Assembly: GCA_963714015.1 (NCBI GenBank)
Contig: OY970223.1
Span: forward strand, 160,001-224,000
Direction of reading: 5' to 3'
Source of the DNA: Vulcanimicrobiota bacterium
GTDB taxonomy: Bacteria > Vulcanimicrobiota > Vulcanimicrobiia > Vulcanimicrobiales > Vulcanimicrobiaceae
DNA length: 64,000 bases
Of this stretch, positions 50,847 through 60,763 are shown piece after piece. Below the pieces are notes generated by a model. That model worked only from the letters and a program-made list of their open reading frames with translations, was not told where the DNA came from and did no database searches. The translations under genes were made by a program, and so were the position numbers. How positions within the stretch are numbered: position 1 is the stretch's first letter; every line of letters begins with the position of its first letter.

Positions 50847-52399
50847 GAGCGTTTGATCCAAAGCAGCATCGCGTCGGGACGCTCGCGCGGAAGCACGATC
50901 GGTATCTGACGCACGCAACAGCCGACGGAATCGGAAAGTTCGAGCGCGTCGTGCATGTCGCCCAACAGATAAGCGTTCGTCCGTAGCGGTATCGAGGATG
51001 CGTTCTGCGCGACAAGCTGCATTCGCACGTCCGGAGAAAGATAGAACGCCAAATCGAGCGCGTCCGCCCAGCGACCCGAGGATTGCGGAACGATCACGAG
51101 CGCATTGCGTGTCGCGTCGAGGGGCTTGCTGTCCGCAAGGACCCAGCCGTTGAAGTCGTTGTCCCACCACACCGGCGCGCGCAGGCCCGTATAGCCGCAG
51201 AGCGCTCCTGCCGCCATGAGCAGCGCTGCGGCGCCGATCCAAGCCGAACGCGGCGCGCCCTCATGCCTGCGGATCTCGAAGGCAAGGTATCCGGCGACGC
51301 ATACGATGAGCATCAGCCAGATCGGCGTCCCGTACCGCGGCACGGTCGAGCGATGATCGTGCAGCACGAGGTCCGAGATGACGAGCGCAAGTACGGGAAC
51401 CGCCAGGAGCGCCGCGATCATCGTCCGATTTGCTGCCCCGCTTCGCGCGACGCACCAGTAGATCGCCGCACAGACCAGCAGCGCCAAAGGCAAGAGCATG
51501 AGCGCAGCTTTACCGTGCGCGTACTGCAGGTCGAAAAAGGTCGCGCCCGCTTCGAACGTCCAGCTCTTCAAGTACCAGACCAGCGGCCAAGCACCGGCAC
51601 TCCACGAAAGCGAATCCGCTAAGCCGGTGCGCGTGCGAGCGATGACGACCGCCCACGGAATGAATGCGGCAATGGCGATGCAGGCCGCTATGGCGAAGCG
51701 GCGCAGATCGGAGGCGCGCAACCGAAACGCGGCGTAAACGGCATGCGCGGCAAGCGTAATCACAAAAAGGCCGTCGGTGTACATTCCCAACACCGCGACG
51801 ACGCCGTACAGAATCCACCACCGCGGCCTTCCTGTCCGCTGCGCCCGCAATAGCGCCGCGGTTGCGACTGCGAATAGCAGCGCCCAGAGACTATATTCCT
51901 TTGCCTGCTGCGAATACACGATCAGCATCGGCGAGACCGCCGCAAGTGAAAAGCCGAGCAGCGCCGCGAGTCTATTTCCGAAGATCTCCAAGCACAGCCA
52001 GCCCGCGGCAAACGGGACGAGCAATCCGAAGATCAGCGCCGGCAAGCGCAGGCTGACGATCGACGTGCCCGCAATACGCGTCCATAACGCGGAGACCACG
52101 TAGTACAGCGGCGGATGTTTCGCGTCTTCAGCGGCAAGCGACGAGACCGTCTTACTAATAGGCTCCCGCTCGCTGCTGCGCCCGGCGAACGCCAGCACTT
52201 CAGCCGCAGTCGCGGTTCGGCCTTGCAACGCATCCAAGAATTCGCTGCGGGTGTGGCCCGCAATGCGAAGAGCGGTGACGGCTTCGTCGCTCCAAAAGAG
52301 GCGCGAATGTTCGCCGGCGACGCGCAGCGCGAAACCGCCCAGCGCAAATGCCGCGCAGATTGCGACCAGCGCGAAGAGCGCGGGATTAAGCCGCGGCAC
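50843..52399 (-). CDS. GT-C (GT39/PMT-like) membrane glycosyltransferase
   Basis: FWSDE, HPPLYY, RLP and YSQQAKEYS motifs; multi-TM. Confidence 0.8.
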   Translation of the reverse strand: MPRLNPALFALVAICAAFALGGFALRVAGEHSRLFWSDEAVTALRIAGHTRSEFLDALQGRTATAAEVLAFAGRSSEREPISKTVSSLAAEDAKHPPLYYVVSALWTRIAGTSIVSLRLPALIFGLLVPFAAGWLCLEIFGNRLAALLGFSLAAVSPMLIVYSQQAKEYSLWALLFAVATAALLRAQRTGRPRWWILYGVVAVLGMYTDGLFVITLAAHAVYAAFRLRASDLRRFAIAACIAIAAFIPWAVVIARTRTGLADSLSWSAGAWPLVWYLKSWTFEAGATFFDLQYAHGKAALMLLPLALLVCAAIYWCVARSGAANRTMIAALLAVPVLALVISDLVLHDHRSTVPRYGTPIWLMLIVCVAGYLAFEIRRHEGAPRSAWIGAAALLMAAGALCGYTGLRAPVWWDNDFNGWVLADSKPLDATRNALVIVPQSSGRWADALDLAFYLSPDVRMQLVAQNASSIPLRTNAYLLGDMHDALELSDSVGCCVRQIPIVLPRERPDAMLLWIKRS

Positions 52400-53624
52400 G
52401 GCCGCCGGAGAGAAGCGGCCGCAGCCACTCCGTCATGTGCAGAATGTACCAATCCCGGCGGAAAGCCTCGCCGTTGCGCGATCCGGCACGGGCGGCGCCC
52501 TGCTCCACTGCAATCTCGAGCGGCATGTCCTGCAATGCCAGTTCGAGCAAAACGCCGGGGCGATCGCTCGAGAACGGAATACCGCGCAGGCGGACGATTT
52601 GTTCGAAGAGTTCGCCGAGCTTCGCTGCCGGACTTGCCTTCGGAAAACGATCGGCGGTGAGGCTCAAGGCCACGGGGCGATCGGGCGCACTGCTCACGAG
52701 CGCGAGGAAGAAACGCAGGTCCGGCTCCCGCACGGCGTTCATTGCATCCTTGACGAACCGCAGCCTAACGCGTTGTGAGAGTGCCGAATCGAGCACAGCG
52801 GCCAGCTCTCGATGATGCGGTGCGATGTGTGCGATCAAACCGGAGAGGATCGAAGGCTCGGTCCCGCTGCCTCCGGCCTCAAGCCGCTGGCGAACAATCC
52901 GCTGCGCCGCCCATAGATCGCCTGAATCGATCAGTCGCAGCGCTTCCCGCTCGTACAAGCGAGGATCCGCTTTGTACAGCGTGCGCAGCAGGGCCAGGTG
53001 CGTGCGCAGCGGTTCCATTTCAAATTGCGGATCGAACGCCAGACCCGGAGTGATAAAGTTATACGGCTCGTACTTGAGGTCGTGCAGCGTCCGGATGACC
53101 AGGCTGATCGAAGGCGCGTCCAAATGCAGAAGCGCGTGTATAAACTTTCCGCCTTGTTCGATCGTCCGCACGTCCCCCGCGCGCAGATGTTCCGCACGTT
53201 TGAATCGCAGATCGCCCAGCGCCAGCTGCGGCGTGACGCGCTCGTGCCGATCGAAGGTGTACTCCGCGTGAACGCTCGATCCCCGAACGACGCCCCAGGC
53301 TCCGGCAAACTGGTGCTGATGGATCGCCGTGGGAGCGTCGATCCAGAACAGCAACTGCATCACCATCATATCCGTGCGGTACACGAAGACCGGCGGCTGA
53401 GCGTTGAATCCGAGCCGCTGGGGAACGCCGCAATGTCCGAAAATCCAATCGGTTATTCGATCGAGCGGGATCGACCGCCAGTCGCCGTTTTCGAGCAAAG
53501 CTTCCTGCGCGATGCGCGGGAAGAGGGCTGCATCAAACGCACAGGCCTCCCAACGCCGCGAAACCGCGTCGCCGAGAGACCTGAAGACGTCGAGGTCTTC
53601 TGAAACCGGGGCGGAAGCCGTCAT
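52386..53624 (-). CDS. Cupin (cysteine-dioxygenase-like) domain protein with a helical C-terminal extension
   Basis: FW....TAIHQHQFAGAWGVVRG ... FIHALLH metal-binding pattern. Confidence 0.55.
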   Translation of the reverse strand: MTASAPVSEDLDVFRSLGDAVSRRWEACAFDAALFPRIAQEALLENGDWRSIPLDRITDWIFGHCGVPQRLGFNAQPPVFVYRTDMMVMQLLFWIDAPTAIHQHQFAGAWGVVRGSSVHAEYTFDRHERVTPQLALGDLRFKRAEHLRAGDVRTIEQGGKFIHALLHLDAPSISLVIRTLHDLKYEPYNFITPGLAFDPQFEMEPLRTHLALLRTLYKADPRLYEREALRLIDSGDLWAAQRIVRQRLEAGGSGTEPSILSGLIAHIAPHHRELAAVLDSALSQRVRLRFVKDAMNAVREPDLRFFLALVSSAPDRPVALSLTADRFPKASPAAKLGELFEQIVRLRGIPFSSDRPGVLLELALQDMPLEIAVEQGAARAGSRNGEAFRRDWYILHMTEWLRPLLSGGRAAA

Positions 53625-53693
53625 AATCCGATTTCAGAATACAGGGAACGGTTTAGACCCTTATACCTGCAAGGTGCCTATGAAGGCATGATA

Positions 53694-55358
53694 CTAAAGG
53701 GCCCAGCTCCCGAAGGATTGGTAACGGGGATCGTTCACCCAGGAGCCGCTCGTGGTAGACCCCAGGCCGATCGCGCTATATGAGCCGCCGCCGTCGTCGC
53801 CGTCCCAGATGCTGGCGTTGACGATACATGCGATCTGGGGATCGGCAAAAGCCGTGCCGTACGCGAGCGACATGTCGAGCGCGGCGACCTGCGGATCCTC
53901 GGACCACGCATCGTTTTGGTCGCTGGCAAAACCGGATTCGGTCAGGCAGATTTTGACCCCCGAATCGTTATTGGCGTTCGCGATCGCCTCGATGCCTTTG
54001 TAGTTCTGCCATTGTCCTTCGAACGTGGGTCCCCAGTACACCGTCGGGTCCATCTGCCAGGCGAAGTTGTGAATCGAAATCCCGTCCCAACAGTTTCCGG
54101 TGCGGCATCCGGCTGCGTAGATGTTCGTCATATCGCTGAACATGTTCGTGTGCTCGCCGCCGCCGTTGGCTAGCGCCGGGCCGTAGACGAATAGGCTGGG
54201 ATCGTTCGCCTTTACGGCCGCATAACCGGCTCGGAGGAAGGCGGCAATTCCGGGTCCGGTATCCGAATCGTAGAACCAATAGCTTTGGTTCGGCTCGTTC
54301 AACAGCTCGACTTGGGTGATCTGCGGAAGGTTCTGCTGCGCCATCTGCTGGTTATGCTGCACGATCCATTGCGTCACCGTTCCGGCGTACGTACCGTAGT
54401 CCGAAACGTTTGCAAAGGCTTTGTTCATGCCGACCGTCTGCTGAAATCTCGTTCCGCCATACTGGAGAATAATAGGAAACATCGAGATGCCGTGCTGCGC
54501 CAAATGCGTGGCGATGTAGTCGTAAGTGGTCCAGTTTGCGTCTAGGCCGTTGAGATTGCCTTGCAAGCCGCCCCAAATGAACGAAGCCTGAATCTCTACG
54601 CGGGCACACGTCGCGCCGGCGTTCGCCGCGGCTTGTTCCGCTGAATCGATGAGCGCGTTCGCCGGACCGTTCGGAATGTTTTGGCACGGATTCTGGTCAC
54701 AATTGCGGATTGTTTGCTCCTGCAACGTCCACGTGTGCCCCATGACGCAGTAGCGGCTGCGCGGCGACGGCGGATGGTTCACCTGCGGCATGGGAACGGG
54801 CGACTGCGTCGTCACGTTGAACGTTGCACCATTGGTCGTGATAGTGTACATGACCCCGGGCGTGCGGCGCCAGCGAATGCCGACGCTGTTGGCGCCGACG
54901 CCGCCGTAAGCGTAAACGGTTTCGGAAGGCGAGACACTGGCGACGGTTTGAACCGGGCCTTTTGCCAAGTGCAGAATGAGCGGCGCGTCATAAGGAACTG
55001 CCGACGCGTTGGAAACGGGTGCGCACACGCTCGGGCCGGTTTGCACGCACGCCGACAAAACGCCGAACGGCGTCGGTACTGCCGAAGGCGTCGGCACCGG
55101 ACTGGCGGTCGGAGACGGCGTGTGATATGGCGATCCGGTCGGGTACGGCGTGTGAAACGGCGATCCGGTCGGGTACGGCGTGCGGTACGGTGAGGGCGAA
55201 ACGGATGGACGAGGCGTCGGAGTGCCGCTCGCGATGCCGGTGCCTCCTTGCGCACTGTTCGCGGGAGGTGTAAGTCCGCCGCCTGCGCCTCCGCAAGCGG
55301 TTAGCGCTGCAGCCGAAACGGCCAAGAGCAGCGCGAAAGCGGAACCATTGATTTTCAC
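53694..55358 (-). CDS. Lipoprotein clan GH-A glycoside hydrolase (GH5/GH39-like) with Pro/Thr linker
   Basis: Lipobox LTAC; ELLNEPN acid/base, ISIH and ICLTESG nucleophile motifs. Confidence 0.7.
   Translation of the reverse strand: MKINGSAFALLLAVSAAALTACGGAGGGLTPPANSAQGGTGIASGTPTPRPSVSPSPYRTPYPTGSPFHTPYPTGSPYHTPSPTASPVPTPSAVPTPFGVLSACVQTGPSVCAPVSNASAVPYDAPLILHLAKGPVQTVASVSPSETVYAYGGVGANSVGIRWRRTPGVMYTITTNGATFNVTTQSPVPMPQVNHPPSPRSRYCVMGHTWTLQEQTIRNCDQNPCQNIPNGPANALIDSAEQAAANAGATCARVEIQASFIWGGLQGNLNGLDANWTTYDYIATHLAQHGISMFPIILQYGGTRFQQTVGMNKAFANVSDYGTYAGTVTQWIVQHNQQMAQQNLPQITQVELLNEPNQSYWFYDSDTGPGIAAFLRAGYAAVKANDPSLFVYGPALANGGGEHTNMFSDMTNIYAAGCRTGNCWDGISIHNFAWQMDPTVYWGPTFEGQWQNYKGIEAIANANNDSGVKICLTESGFASDQNDAWSEDPQVAALDMSLAYGTAFADPQIACIVNASIWDGDDGGGSYSAIGLGSTTSGSWVNDPRYQSFGSWAL
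55105..55195 (-). repeat. About three tandem 30-nt in-frame repeats encoding SP[YF][RH]TPYPTG
   Basis: Repeated GGCGATCCGGTCGGGTACGGCGTG units within the GH linker; boundaries approximate. Confidence 0.75.
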
Positions 55359-55495
55359 CGGGGGAGGTCTCCTAAAAATGCAGCAAGGAATCTCCCCTCA
55401 ATGTCGGCACTTGGCGCCGTTTAAGTTACGTTAATGCGTCAACGGGCAAGCGTTTTATGTTACGTGTTCGTAAAAGAGGCGCCTATTCGAGGGCT

Positions 55496-56668
55496 CTACG
55501 GTAACGTAGCGGACGCCGTGGCGCCGTGCGCCGCGAATTTTGCAAACACCTGGTAGCGCTCATTCGGTACGAAACGATCGTCTTGCAGCGTTCCCAAACC
55601 AATTGCGCCGAAGGGGCCGCCGCCGTCGTCGCCATTCCAAATGCTCGCATTGACGATACACGCAACCTGCGGATCGGCGGCGGAAATCGCGTACGCTTGC
55701 GCCATATGCTGCGCAGCAACGGCGGGGTCTTCGCCCCACGAGGCGTCCCCGCTCGCGAATCCGGTTTCCGTTAGACAGATCTTTACGCCGCGATCGCCGT
55801 TCGCCGCAGCGATCGCTTCAGCGCCGCGATAGTTTAGCCACTGATTTTCGTAGTCGGGGCCACGGTACTCTTGAGGATTCGTTCGCCAAGCAAAGTTGTG
55901 CACCGAGATCCCGTCCCAGCACACGCCCCTTCTGCAACCCGCGGCGTACAAGCCGCTCAAAATGGCAAACATGTTCGTGTGATGGCGGCCGCCGTCGGCA
56001 AGCCCCGGTGCGAAAACGAACAGATCCGGATCCGCCGATTTTACCGCTGCGTATCCGGCTTTCAGGAACTGCGCGATCGTGGGCGCGTCGTCGGGCTGCA
56101 TGAACCAGTAGCTTTGATTCGGTTCGTTCATCAGTTCGACGCGCGTAATCTGCGGCAAGTGCTCGCCGGCCATCTCGCCGTTGTGGCGGAGGATCCAATT
56201 CGTGACGGTGCGCGCAAACTCAGCGTAATCGCCGGCGCTCGTAAACGCACGGTTTCCACCATCGGCGGTGGGAACGAAGCGCGCGCCGCCGTACTGCAGG
56301 ATGATCGGAAACATGGCAATGCCATGCTGCGCGAGATGATCGGCGATGTAATCGTAGCGCCCGAAGCCGGCGCGATCCCCGCTCAAGCTCCCCTGCAGAC
56401 CGCCCCAAATGAATGAAGCCTGAATCTCCACCCGGGCGCACGTTGCGCCGGCTTGGGCGGCCGCTTCTTCGGCCGAGTCGATCGCCGCATTGCGCGACTC
56501 CACGGGAACGTTTTGGTTTCCGACGCGCATTGTCTGCTCTTGCAGCGTCCAGGAATGTCCCATGACGCAGTAGCGTCCCGCCGAAGACGCCGTCGTCACG
56601 GGAGCGGCGCTGGTGGGTGCAAGCGAAAGTAGCAACGCAACGGCGGCCGCGAACACCGCCGCTTTCAT
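55496..56668 (-). CDS. Secreted clan GH-A glycoside hydrolase, paralog of the adjacent GH
   Basis: Signal peptide; RYCVMGH.WTLQEQT, ELMNEPN and ICLTETG shared with 53694-55358. Confidence 0.7.
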   Translation of the reverse strand: MKAAVFAAAVALLLSLAPTSAAPVTTASSAGRYCVMGHSWTLQEQTMRVGNQNVPVESRNAAIDSAEEAAAQAGATCARVEIQASFIWGGLQGSLSGDRAGFGRYDYIADHLAQHGIAMFPIILQYGGARFVPTADGGNRAFTSAGDYAEFARTVTNWILRHNGEMAGEHLPQITRVELMNEPNQSYWFMQPDDAPTIAQFLKAGYAAVKSADPDLFVFAPGLADGGRHHTNMFAILSGLYAAGCRRGVCWDGISVHNFAWRTNPQEYRGPDYENQWLNYRGAEAIAAANGDRGVKICLTETGFASGDASWGEDPAVAAQHMAQAYAISAADPQVACIVNASIWNGDDGGGPFGAIGLGTLQDDRFVPNERYQVFAKFAAHGATASATLP

Positions 56669-57774
56669 AAGGCAGGCACCGATTGCGCGACGTCATCGAG
56701 CGTCGACGATCCGTACACCAGATCCGCAATGGTCTCTTTGAATCGCTGGGTCGAGAAACGCTCGGCGTTCTGCCGGATTGCGGCGGAATTGAAATCCGTG
56801 GATTCGAAGCGCCGAATCGCGAGCGCGAACGCACCGGCGCTTTGCTCTTCGACCAGAATGCCGGTAACGCCGTCGATTACCGTTTCAAGCGCTCCGCCGC
56901 GGCCGAATGCGATCACCGGACGGCCGCAGGCCATCATCTCGACGGGCGCCATGCCGAAGTCTTCGTAGCCCGGGAAGATCATGGCCTTCGCGCCGCGCAT
57001 CAGCGTCAAAAGTTCCTCGTCCGTTACGTGTCCGAGCTGCGTCACGTGGGAAGCGGCAAATGCGGGCGACGTGCAGCCGGCGATCCGCAGCTTTCGCCCC
57101 GCCAGCCGCGTTGCCTGAACTGCAATATCGATCCGTTTATAAGGCACGTTCCGGGATGCGACGAGATAATAATCGCCGGGTGACTGAGCGGCCGGCGTGA
57201 ATCTCTCGACCGAACACGGCGGATAGACGATCATGCTCATACGCGCGTAGTGTTTGGAGATGCGCGTTCGGGTAATCTCGCTGTTGGCCAGAAAGAGGTC
57301 GACGCGATTCGCGGTCATGACGTCCCACTGCCGCATTCGCCGCATGGCTGATGCGCCGAACGGACGCATCGGAGCGGGCAGCGTTCGAAGCTCTTCGTGC
57401 GGGCGTTCCCAAATCGCCCGCATGGGGGTGTGGCAGTAACAGATGTGGCGCTGCCCGGCATGGCGCAGCAAGCCCTTCGCGGCGGTGTGATGCGAGGAAA
57501 CGATCACGTCAAACTCCGAGAGATCGAAGGACTCCACTGCAGCCGGATACAGCGGAACGAATAAGCGGTGGCGTCGTGCCGCGCCGGGAATGCGCTGCAG
57601 GAACGATGGTATCACGCGATCTTTGAGCGAGGCCGGACCGGTTTTCTCCGAGTACAGAATCGCATAGATCGGCGCATCCGGAAAAACTTCGGCAAGACGC
57701 TCGACGACGCGTTCGGCGCCGCCGCGCTGAACCAGCGGGTCGGAGACAATCGCAACGCGCGGCGAGCGTCTCAT
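56665..57774 (-). CDS. GT4 family glycosyltransferase
   Basis: GGAERV, CYCHTPMR and EDFGMAPVEMMACGRPV motifs. Confidence 0.88.
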   Translation of the reverse strand: MRRSPRVAIVSDPLVQRGGAERVVERLAEVFPDAPIYAILYSEKTGPASLKDRVIPSFLQRIPGAARRHRLFVPLYPAAVESFDLSEFDVIVSSHHTAAKGLLRHAGQRHICYCHTPMRAIWERPHEELRTLPAPMRPFGASAMRRMRQWDVMTANRVDLFLANSEITRTRISKHYARMSMIVYPPCSVERFTPAAQSPGDYYLVASRNVPYKRIDIAVQATRLAGRKLRIAGCTSPAFAASHVTQLGHVTDEELLTLMRGAKAMIFPGYEDFGMAPVEMMACGRPVIAFGRGGALETVIDGVTGILVEEQSAGAFALAIRRFESTDFNSAAIRQNAERFSTQRFKETIADLVYGSSTLDDVAQSVPAL

Positions 57775-58919
57775 GCTGCCGCTCGCAGCAAGATGTCCGC
57801 AACGCTTTGCGCGTGCGCCTCGGCCGCAAACTGCTGCGCCCAAGCCTTGGCGGCATCGCGATAGGCTTGGCGCCGGTCTTGTGCGAGCAGATCGATTATC
57901 GCCTGCGCGAACGCCGGTTCGTCTGCGCACGGCACCACGCGTCCGCTGACGCCGTCCTGGAGGACTTCGCTTACGCCCGCGTCGGCAAAACAAACGCTTG
58001 GAACGCCGCAAGCGGCCGCTTCGATAACGGATCTTCCGAACGGCTCCCGGTCCGAGCAATTCACATGCACGTCCAATACGGCGTATGCGTTGCGCACGTC
58101 GTCGGTCCATGGAATGAAGCGTACGCAATCCTCGAGCCCCAGTTCCCGCACGGAGCAATGGAGTTCGTCCACGAATTCCGCGTCGCGAAACACAGCCGAG
58201 CCGAAGACGAAGAAACGCGCCGGCATGCGGTCGCGCACGGCGCGAGCAATACGCAGGAACCGGTCGTGGCCCTTCCAGCGATTGATACGCCCGACGATGC
58301 CGATGTGCGGCACGTGCGGTTCGTCCGGGATCTGCATTGCATCGCACGCTTGCGCTCGCGAGGGTACTGCGCGGTACGCAGCCAGATCGAGTGGATTGAA
58401 CACGACTGTCGTTAGCGGGAGAGCGTAGGCGCGCGCGACGGAATCGGATATGGCAATGTGCTGCTGCGCGCAAAAGGAGCAGATCGTCCGCAGAGCGGCA
58501 AGCGGACGCCCTTCTAAAATATCTCGCAGATGCGTCACGCACCGCGTACCGGCCAGGCGCGATGCGGGCGCCCCGACGAAGTGCGCTTTGACGGTGTGCG
58601 TGTAAACGACTTCGATCCGGTTCGCGCGCAGCCACGCTGCCAGACGAATGACCGCCGAAGGCATCGTCACCATGCCGCCCAATCGCGGCCTCTCGCGCTT
58701 AGAGGCGGCTAACGCCGCCGAAACCGAAAGCACCGAAACGTTCAGCCCCAGGTCCCGCAGCCGCTGCGCGTACTTACCGTCGTGAAATACCAGGACGCGC
58801 GGATCGATCGACGACGGCAGATGGGTCAACAGCAGCGCGAAACTCTCCTGAGCTCCGCCCGCTTCGTCGCCGGTCTGATCGACGAACGCTACGCGGAGGC
58901 GCCCGTTGCGGGAAGTCAT
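57771..58919 (-). CDS. GT4 family glycosyltransferase
   Basis: GGAQES, GRINRWKG and EPFGRSVIEAAACGVP motifs. Confidence 0.88.
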   Translation of the reverse strand: MTSRNGRLRVAFVDQTGDEAGGAQESFALLLTHLPSSIDPRVLVFHDGKYAQRLRDLGLNVSVLSVSAALAASKRERPRLGGMVTMPSAVIRLAAWLRANRIEVVYTHTVKAHFVGAPASRLAGTRCVTHLRDILEGRPLAALRTICSFCAQQHIAISDSVARAYALPLTTVVFNPLDLAAYRAVPSRAQACDAMQIPDEPHVPHIGIVGRINRWKGHDRFLRIARAVRDRMPARFFVFGSAVFRDAEFVDELHCSVRELGLEDCVRFIPWTDDVRNAYAVLDVHVNCSDREPFGRSVIEAAACGVPSVCFADAGVSEVLQDGVSGRVVPCADEPAFAQAIIDLLAQDRRQAYRDAAKAWAQQFAAEAHAQSVADILLRAAA

Positions 58920-58972
58920 CTGTTCGATTATAGAGGCCTGGTCCGCAAGGCCGCGAGAGAAGAACGCCGCCC

Positions 58973-59639
58973 GTGTGTGGTACGCTCGGCATGGTCGCAT
59001 TGCACCATGCCGAGGTGAACGCGTCGGCGTGGGCCGCGTGGCACTTCTGCCGCTCGCTCCGTAGCCGTAACGTTGACTGGATGCAGCCGATACTGCGGCG
59101 CGCCGCCGATGCCGTTTCAGGTACGCGCGCTTTGCTGTTGGATCGCGACGGCGTAATCAACCGGAAGATCGACCGCGGATACGTGCTCGACTACGATCGG
59201 GATTTTCGATTCGAGCCGGCCTTTCTTTCCGCAGTGCGCCGTTTCTCACGCGCGCGGATCCCGCTCATCGTTGTCTCTAATCAAAGCCTGCATAGAGCGC
59301 GGCTTGATTTCGGCGTCGGGAGAGGTGGGGATCATGCAGCGCATGATCGAGGAGTTGAAAATTTACGAGATCGAGATTTCCGGCTATGCCGTCTGTCCGC
59401 ATCAACCCACCACCGGGTGCGGCTGCCGCAAGCCCGCGGCCGGATTAATTTACGCGGCCGCGGCGCTCTTCGAATTGACGCTCGCGCAGTGCGCGCTCGT
59501 CGGCGACTCCCGAACCGACGTCGAGGCTGCCTCGCTCGCCGGATGCCGGGGAATCCTCGTGCGGCGCGACGATTCCGACTCATTCAGGAGTGCGTTCGAA
59601 GAAGCGTTCGCATTCGTAAACCCGGAGATCGCCGCATGA
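58973..59639 (+). CDS. gmhB: HAD-IIIA phosphatase, heptose 1,7-bisphosphate phosphatase-like; frameshift near 59287, start uncertain
   Basis: LDRDGVIN and VSNQ, then CPH....CGCRKP and VGD...D in the next frame. Confidence 0.78.
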
Positions 59640-60763
59640 AGTTTCTGAACAGTCTTCCGCTGCGCAATGCGTATACCGTCGTGCGAAGCCGCTCGCCGCT
59701 GCGCATCAGACTTCTGCGGCGGCGGCACCGACGTTCCGCCGTATCCGGAAAAGTTCGGCGGCTGCGTGCTCTCGTGCACGATCGACAAATACGCTTACGT
59801 TTCCGTACGGCCGTATGTGAACAGCAAGATTCACGTCATCTCCGAGGATCAAGGGCTGGACATTTACTTCGAGCCCAACGGCGGAGATCGGCTCGAAGGA
59901 CGCCTCGATTTGGCTCAGGCGATCTTCCGGCGGTTTTCGAGCGTCGGACTGGAGTGCCACATTGCAGCCGACGCGCCGCCCGGAAGCGGACTCGGGTCGT
60001 CTTCGAGCATGATCGTCGCGCTCATCGAGGCGCTCTGCCGCGAGCAGGGCGTAACGCTTTCGAAGTATCAGAAGGCCGAGCTCGCCTTTCAAATCGAGCG
60101 CGGGGATCTCGGAATCGTCGGCGGGATGCAGGATCAATATGCGGCTTCGTTCGGCGGCTTCAATTTCATCGAGTTCGACCGCAACGGCGTCTACGTGACG
60201 CCGCTTGCGCTGCAGCCCCGAACTGCTCTCCGAACTGCATTATCATCTGCTGCTGTGCTATACCGGGACGACGCGCGTCTCCAGCAACATTCTTGCCGAG
60301 CAAACCGCCAACGTCGTTCAAGAGCGGGCCGGAAGTCATGGACAGCCTGGCAGGCATGAAACAGCTGGCTCATGCGCTCAAACGGGCGTTTCTGAAAGCG
60401 CAGTTCCTCGACTTCGGACACCTGCTCGACGAGGCATGGGCCCTCAAGCGCGGCTTGGCGTCCGCAATCACCAATCCTCATATCGAGGAGCTGTACGATA
60501 CCGCGAAGACTGCAGGGGCAATCGGCGGCAAGATCCTCGGCGCCGGGGGCGGCGGGCATTTGCTGCTCTTCACGCCGTTCAACAAACGGGGAAAGGTTCG
60601 CGGCGCGCTCGAGGCGGCCGGCGCGCGCATCATCGACTTCCAGTTCGAGGATCAGGGCGCTACGAGCTGGGTGACGACGGACGAAACGTGGGCGCCGGCA
60701 ATTCATCCGGCATCGCCTTCGAACGGAGCTCGCAAAGGGGATCTCGTCCAAGCGCCGTCATGA
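59636..60763 (+). CDS. hddA: GHMP kinase, D-glycero-alpha-D-manno-heptose 7-phosphate kinase-like; several frameshifts
   Basis: SPLRI, GGGTD, PPGSGLGSSS, GGMQDQYAASFGG and GGKILGAGGGG spread over different frames. Confidence 0.78.
   Translation: MKFLNSLPLRNAYTVVRSRSPLRIRLLRRRHRRSAVSGKVRRLRALVHDRQIRLRFRTAVCEQQDSRHLRGSRAGHLLRAQRRRSARRTPRFGSGDLPAVFERRTGVPHCSRRAARKRTRVVFEHDRRAHRGALPRAGRNAFEVSEGRARLSNRARGSRNRRRDAGSICGFVRRLQFHRVRPQRRLRDAACAAAPNCSPNCIIICCCAIPGRRASPATFLPSKPPTSFKSGPEVMDSLAGMKQLAHALKRAFLKAQFLDFGHLLDEAWALKRGLASAITNPHIEELYDTAKTAGAIGGKILGAGGGGHLLLFTPFNKRGKVRGALEAAGARIIDFQFEDQGATSWVTTDETWAPAIHPASPSNGARKGDLVQAPS

Noticed and set aside
55105..55195. Non-coding repeat array
   Set aside because: The repeats are in-frame 30-nt units encoding a Pro/Thr linker within a CDS.
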